In this document: positions 58,318-64,000 of the stretch, in pieces
Position numbering within the stretch: position 1 is the first letter of the stretch
Layout of the letters: every line of letters begins with the position of its first letter
NCBI GenBank assembly: GCA_963752075.1
Contig: CAVVWO010000005.1
Location: 30,523 to 94,522, forward strand
Length of the DNA stretch: 64,000 nucleotides
Source: an uncultured Acidimicrobiia bacterium
GTDB taxonomy: Bacteria > Actinomycetota > Acidimicrobiia > Spongiisociales > JAENVV01
Direction: 5' to 3'
The notes under the pieces: model-generated
What the model was told of the DNA's origin: nothing
What the model saw: only the letters and a program-made list of their open reading frames with translations
The model's database searches: none
Program-made: the position numbers and the translations under genes

Positions 58318-59658
58318 ATGAAAAACTGGAAAGCCCTTCTTGGGCTGCTCCTGGCTTTCTCCATGTTGGTAGCCGCCTGTGGCGGCGACACCGCGGAGAC
58401 AACCGAGGTCACCGAAGCGGCGGTTGAAACCACCGTCGCAGAAACCACTACCACCGCCGCTGAAACCACCACGACCGAGGCAGCGCCGGCCGAGTCCACC
58501 ACGACCACCCTGCCTCCGGTGGTGCGCGCCGATGCTGACCTGGTCATCTGGGCAGACGACACTCGCGCACCGGCCATCACGCCGTTCGCTGAGCAGTTCG
58601 CAGCCGACAACGGTCTCAGCGTGGCGGTTCAGGAGATCGGCTTCGGAGATATTCGCGACCGCCTTGTGGTAGCAGCGCCAGCCGGCGAAGGTCCCGACAT
58701 CATCATTGGTGCCCACGACTGGCTCGGCAAGCTCGTCACGAGCGGTGTGGTTGCTCCGATGGACCTCGGCGACGTGGAAGCCGAGCTGCGGCCGGCCGCC
58801 GTGTCTGCCTTCAACTACGAGGGTCAGATCTATGGTCTGCCGTACGCCATCGAAAATGTGGCTTTGATCCGCAACATCGACCTGGTGCCGGACGCTCCGG
58901 CGACGTTCGAGGAACTCGAGACGGTTGCGCTCGGTCTTCTGGATGCCGGTGAGGTCGAGATCCCGCTGGCTCTGCAGGAGAACGGCAACGGCGATCCCTT
59001 CCACAACTACCCATTGTTCACGTCGCTCGGCGGCTATGTCTTCGGACTGAACGCCGACGGAAGCTACAACCCCGAAGACGTCGGCATCGACTCGGAAGGC
59101 GGCTTGGCCGCAGCCGGAGCGTTTGCTGCCTGGGCCGAATCAGGGCTCATCGACGTCGATGTCACGTACGACGTCATGACGGAGAGCTTTGGCAACGGCA
59201 CGGCGCCGTTCGCCATCACCGGTCCGTGGGCGCTCCCGAACTTCGAGAACGTCAATTACGTGGTCGAGCCGATTCCGTCGGCCGCCGGTGGAGAGCCGCG
59301 ACCCTTCATTGCCGTGCAAGGGTTCATGGTGTCGGCGTTTGCGGAGAACCCGCTCTTCGCCCAGACCTTCGTGTTGGACTTCATGTCGACGCAAGAGGCG
59401 CAGGTTGCCATCTTCGAGGCCGACCCACGGCCACCGGCCCACGTGGGCGCCTTCGACGAAGTCGCCGCTGGCAACGCAAACATCGCCGGTTTCGGCGAAG
59501 CCGGCGCCAATGGCTACCCGATGCCGAGCATCTCGGCCATGGACTCGGTCTGGACCGCCTGGACCGACGCCTATCAACTGGTGTTGACCGGCAGTGATCC
59601 GGAGGAGGCGTTCACCAACGCCGCAGATCAGATCCGCACGTTGATCTCCGAAGGCTGA
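58318..59658 (+). CDS. Sugar (maltose/maltodextrin-type) ABC transporter substrate-binding lipoprotein
   Basis: Lipobox LVAACGG and a Thr/Glu/Ala-rich linker. Also LVIWADDTRAP, GPDIIIGAHDWLG and GPWALPNF. Confidence 0.85.
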   Translation: MKNWKALLGLLLAFSMLVAACGGDTAETTEVTEAAVETTVAETTTTAAETTTTEAAPAESTTTTLPPVVRADADLVIWADDTRAPAITPFAEQFAADNGLSVAVQEIGFGDIRDRLVVAAPAGEGPDIIIGAHDWLGKLVTSGVVAPMDLGDVEAELRPAAVSAFNYEGQIYGLPYAIENVALIRNIDLVPDAPATFEELETVALGLLDAGEVEIPLALQENGNGDPFHNYPLFTSLGGYVFGLNADGSYNPEDVGIDSEGGLAAAGAFAAWAESGLIDVDVTYDVMTESFGNGTAPFAITGPWALPNFENVNYVVEPIPSAAGGEPRPFIAVQGFMVSAFAENPLFAQTFVLDFMSTQEAQVAIFEADPRPPAHVGAFDEVAAGNANIAGFGEAGANGYPMPSISAMDSVWTAWTDAYQLVLTGSDPEEAFTNAADQIRTLISEG

Positions 59659-59665
59659 TCAGTCA

Positions 59666-61300
59666 GTGACACCTGACGAACCAGGCAGGGAGGGGACATT
59701 CGGATCTGATGATTCGAGCTCCGGCCCTGCCGGCTCGTCGCCGACCCGGGGGGACGAGTCCCCCCGGGTTTCCATTTCCACCGGCATGATCATCAAGCTG
59801 CTGTTTCTGGCAGCTGTCAATGCCGCAGCCATGTCGTCACTGCCGGCGATGTATGCGCAGCGCTGGTGGGGTGGTCTGGCGGCAGTGGTCGTGGCGACGG
59901 TCCTCATCGACATCGCCTACCTCACCAAGCGGGCGATCCCACTCAAGTACCTGGTGCCGGGCACGATCTTCGCTCTGATCTTTCAGGTGATTCCCGTCAT
60001 CTACACCGGCTACATCGCCTTCACCAACTACGGCACGGGCAACGTGCTCACCAAGGAGCAGGCGCTCGACAACATCGACAGTCGGGTTTCGAACGTGCCG
60101 GGGGCCACTCGCTACCAGATCGACGTGCTGGCAGGAGACGGCGGCCTCGGTGACTTCGCTCTCCTCCTGACCGACGACGAGGGAGTCCAGTTCCTCGGCA
60201 CCCCCGATGGCCTTCAGGACGTCGAGGCGGCCGACGTCGTCACGAGCGATACGGGCAGGGTGCTCGAAGTCGACGGGTTACGAGCGCCGTGGCCTTGCGG
60301 GACCTCGCCGACCGCCAGGACGAACTCCAGAGCGAGTTCGAGGTTCCGACCGACGAAGGCGTGATTCGGGTGGTCACTCTCACGACGGCCGCCCTGTACG
60401 AAGTGTCCTACGTCTACGACGAGGCCGCCGACACGGTCACCGACCTCGCCACCGGCACGGTCTATGCGCCGGTGGAAGGCAATTTCGTCGCCGACACCGG
60501 CGAGAGTCCTCAGCCCCGGCTGGGTGGCCCGAATCGGCTTCGACAACTTCACCAGAATCCTCACCTCGGAACCCATTCGGGGGCCGTTCGTTCGGGTGTT
60601 TCTCTGGAACTATGCCTTCGCCATCCTCTCGGTGATCCTGACCTTCGTGGTCGGGCTTGGGCCTGGCCGTTGCTCTGAATCATCCCGAGCTCGGTGGCCG
60701 TCGGATCTATCGGTCGTTCCTGATCATTCCCTACGCGCTTGCCCAGCTTCATGACCGCGCTGCTCTGGGCGGGCATGCTCAACCAGGAGTTCGGGGTCAT
60801 CAACGACCTGCTGGGAGCCGATCATCGCTTGGCTGCGCGATCCCTGGCTGGCGAAGGCCTCCGTCCTGCTCGTCAACACGTGGCTCGGTTTTCCCTACAT
60901 GTTCCTGATCTCGACCGGCGCGCTTCAGGCGATCCCCGCCGAGTTGAACGAAGCAGCCTTCGTCGACGGTGCCACCCCTCGGCAAGCGTTCCGGCGGGTC
61001 ACCTTCCCCTTGCTGCTCGTGTCGCTGGCCCCGCTGCTCATCGCCTCGTTCGCGTTCAACTTCAACAACTTCAACATCATCTTCCTGCTCAATCAGGGAG
61101 GTCCTCCCATCGAAGGGGCTCAGACCCCGGCCGGCCACACCGACATCCTCATCAGTTACACGTACCGCCTCGCCTTCGAGAGCGGCAGTGGTCAGGACTT
61201 CGGGTTCGCTTCCGCCATCGCCATCCTGATCTTCATCATGGTCGCCACCATCTCGGCGATCAGTTTCCGCCGTAGCCGAGCCCTCGAGGAGCTTGCCTGA
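59666..61300 (+). CDS. Sugar ABC transporter permease, MalF-like with large extracytoplasmic loop (five apparent frameshifts)
   Basis: Pieces in ORFs 59666..60364, 60289..60678, 60464..60754, 60657..60908, 60739..61275 and 60899..61300. EAA loop AIPAELNEAAFVDGATPRQAFRRVTFP. Confidence 0.7.
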
Positions 61301-62224
61301 TGGTCGCCGACAGCACCCCCATTGCCGTGCCAAAGACCGAGGTCAGGCGCCCAGGCGGTCCGGTCCGATTCAGCCGATGGTTCCGCAAGCTGGGATGGCG
61401 TCACGTGGTGGCCTGGCTCGCGCTGGCTTTTGCGCTCTTTCCGGCCGTGTGGGTCGTGTCGGCAGCCTTCAATCCTCTCGGGACACTGCGTTCCCAGACA
61501 GCTCATCCCGGACGGGGCCACGCTCGACAACTTCCGGGACCTCTTCGAGCAGACCGATTTCCTGGCTTGGTACGGCAACACGATGCTGATCGCCGGAGGA
61601 GCGGCCGCGCTGCAGGTCTCTGCTGTCGTCCTTCGCCGCCTATGCCTTTTCGAGGATGCGATTCAAAGGACGCCGCACCGGGCTGCTGTCCGTGCTGCTC
61701 GTCCAGATGTTCCCGCAGCTCCTCGCCTTTGTGGCCATCTTCCTCATGATGGTCAGATCAAGGACTTCTTTCCCGGGGATCGGGTTGGGTACCCGGGCCG
61801 GGTTACTCCTCGTCTACATGGGCGGCGCCATGGGCGTGAACACCTGGCTGATGAAGGGATTCTTCGATACGATCCCCGTCGATCTCGACGAGTCGGCCAA
61901 GGTGGATGGTGCCACCCACTCGCAGATCTTCTTCCGGATCGTCATGCCGCTCGTCGCCCCGATCCTGGCCGTGGTGTTCCTCCTGTCGTTCATCTTCCTC
62001 ATCAACGACTTCGTGCTGGCCGATGCGGTGCTCGGCCAGGGGAGTCCCGAGAACTACACGCTGTCGATCGGGCTGTACCGATTCCTCTCCGACCAGTTCA
62101 ACCTGCGTTGGGGGCCCTTTGCCGCAGGATCGCTGTTGGCGGCCGTCCCGATCATCCTGCTCTTCCTGTTTCTTGCAGCGATACATCGTGCTCCGGACTG
62201 ACGGCCGGATCGGTCAAGGGATGA
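61300..62224 (+). CDS. Sugar ABC transporter permease, MalG-like (about four apparent frameshifts)
   Basis: Pieces in ORFs 61300..61749, 61322..62224 and 61656..62201. EAA loop IPVDLDESAKVDGATHSQIFFRIVMP. The true C-terminus QRYIV/SGLTAGSVKG was recovered by hand. Confidence 0.7.
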
Positions 62225-62243
62225 GCGTCGAAGCGATCCGCTG

Positions 62244-64000
62244 TTGACCTCGACGCGGCGCACTCTGATCGTCTTGGTCGTCCTGTGCACTCTGGCGTCG
62301 CGATGCACCACGGTCGACGGAAACAACGAGCACTACGCCGTCGGTGTTCCGAGCCCCGCCGCCACCACCGTCGGCGCGGATCCGGGTGGGGTCGCATATG
62401 AGGGTCCCCCTCTCTACGTCAACCTCATGTGGCACCAGCATCAGCCCGCCTACCCCAAAGACTCCGACGGCGTCTACACCCGTCCGTGGGTCCGGGTTCA
62501 CGCCACCAAGGACTACCACGACATGGCGGCCATGGTCGAGGACTATCCGGGACTCGACCTCACGATCAACCTGACGCCGGTGCTCCTGCGACAACTCGAG
62601 GATCTGGCGGGCGGCGCCAAGGACCTCTACTGGACCACCGCCGAGATTCCGGCGGAAGAACTCACCGAATCCGAGAAGAGGTTTCTGCTCGAGCGGTTCT
62701 TCGATGTGAATCCGGAGGTCGTTGCTCGGTTCCCCCGCTTCCAGGAATTGGCCGACAGGCGGGCTGAGGCGGGTGTCGATACATCGGTGACCGAATGGGT
62801 CGCCGGGGACTTCCTCGACCTACAGGTACTCTTCAATCTCGCCTGGACGGATCCGGACTTCCTGTCCGAGGAGCCGTTGGCCGCACTGGTGGCCAAAGAA
62901 CGGGCATTCGAGGAAGCCGACAAGGCGACGCTCTTCGACGAACACCTCCGGATCATCGGCGAGACGATTCCGCTCCATGCTCGATTGTGGGACGAAGGTC
63001 TGATCGAGGTCACGACCACTCCCTTTGCGCATCCGATTCTTCCGCTCGTGTCTGACACGGATCTGGCCGTGGTGGGTGATCCGACTGCCCTGCTTCCAGC
63101 GTTCTCGATTCCAGGAGATCGCCGACGCCGACCAGCACATCGTCCGAGGCTTGGACGAGGCGGAACGTCTCCTCGGAGCCCGTCCGACCGGCATGTGGCC
63201 AGGGGAGGGGTCGGTGGCACAGTTGGTCATGGGCCTTTTCTCCAAGGACGGAGTCGAGTGGGTCGCTACCGGCGAAGACGTGCTGGCGCAGAGTCTCGGA
63301 ATTGGTTCGTTCACGCGCGACGCCAACGAGACCGTGCAGGAGGGATCCCAGCTCTATCGGCCCTGGACGGCGGAGCCGAACCGGCCTCCGAACGTGGGGA
63401 TGTTCTTTCGCGATGTCCGGCTCTCCGATCTGATCGGCTTCGAGTACTCGGCCATGGCGGGCCAGGATGCCGCCGACGACTTCGTTTGGCGGTTGCGGAA
63501 CATCCGTGATTCGCTGGATATGGAGGCGGCTACTGCCGCCGGTCAGCCGTACGTGGTTTCGGTCATCCTCGACGGGGAGAACGCCTGGGAGAACTATCCA
63601 AACGACGGAAAGGAGTTTCTCGACGCCCTGTACACCTCCCTCACCACGACCGACTGGATCGAGACGATCACCCCGAGCGAATACCTCGACAGGTACGGGG
63701 AGGCCGAGGTGATCGAAGAGGTCTTCCCTGCTTCCTGGTTTCAGCCGAATTTCGCCACATGGATCGGCGAGGAGGAGGAGGCGACCGCCTGGGACTATCT
63801 CTTCGAGGTTCGGCGCGACCTACGCGCGGCTGAGCAAAGCGGCGACCATGACGAGGAACGGTTGGCGTCCGCCTACGAGACCATGCTGTATGCCGAAGGC
63901 TCCGATTGGTTCTGGTGGTACGGAGCCGACCAGGAGTCGGGGGACGATGGGTATTTCGACCGCGCCTATCGAGAGCTACTCGGCCAGGTGTACGACATCC
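62244..64000 (+). CDS. Glycoside hydrolase family 57 (amylopullulanase/alpha-amylase-like), one apparent frameshift near 63100; 3' end beyond the window
   Basis: LMWHQHQPAY, RVHATKDYHDM, INLTPVLLRQLED, GMWPGEGSV, ILDGENAWENYP and GSDWFWWYG. The frame is open to position 64000. Confidence 0.8.

Overview
This is a high-GC, densely coding chromosomal window that looks actinobacterial. That assignment is inferred from composition, frequent GTG/TTG starts and gene content.

**Ordinary content.** Most of the window is lipid and fatty-acid metabolism: several enoyl-CoA hydratases, two acyl-CoA dehydrogenases, a P450, SDR, FMO, GMC and LLM oxidoreductases, and aldehyde and alcohol dehydrogenases. There are also TetR, Crp and ECF regulators, an extracytoplasmic redox operon (Mo-oxidoreductase, TlpA-like, CcdA-like), envelope-lipid genes, an ABC-2 exporter, and a maltodextrin-type ABC transporter next to a GH57 glycosidase.

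**Centrepiece (15284-20637).** A complete bacterial microcompartment (BMC) operon of the sugar-phosphate-utilisation (SPU) kind:
- Enzymes: RpiB-like isomerase, DeoC aldolase and an acylating aldehyde dehydrogenase, each with an N-terminal encapsulation-peptide-like helix.
- Shell: one BMC-H, two different tandem BMC-T and three BMC-P genes.

**Main lead (20874-29267).** Directly after the last BMC-P gene lie two tightly coupled giant ORFs of about 1278 and about 1517 codons. I could not assign them to any family. They are bracketed by a direct repeat made from the 3' end of the BMC-P gene: the intact gene sits on the left and a truncated remnant at 29325-29519 on the right.

**Other oddities.**
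- A secreted protein with a run of 29 consecutive Asp codons built from tandem DNA repeats.
- A Gly/Val/Ala/Thr-rich repeat protein.
- A duplicated double-hairpin intergenic element.
- A 13-bp x4 tandem repeat in a divergent promoter region.
- A MauE-like gene next to a Tat-signal Cys-rich gene at the left edge.

**Caveats.**
- Many genes are broken by single-base frame changes. These are clustered and mostly in the +1 direction, so I treat them as probable assembly or sequencing artefacts. Such genes are listed as CDS with the frameshift noted.
- I found no rRNA, tRNA, CRISPR array, transposase or integrase.
- All start codons were chosen by eye and may be off by a few codons.
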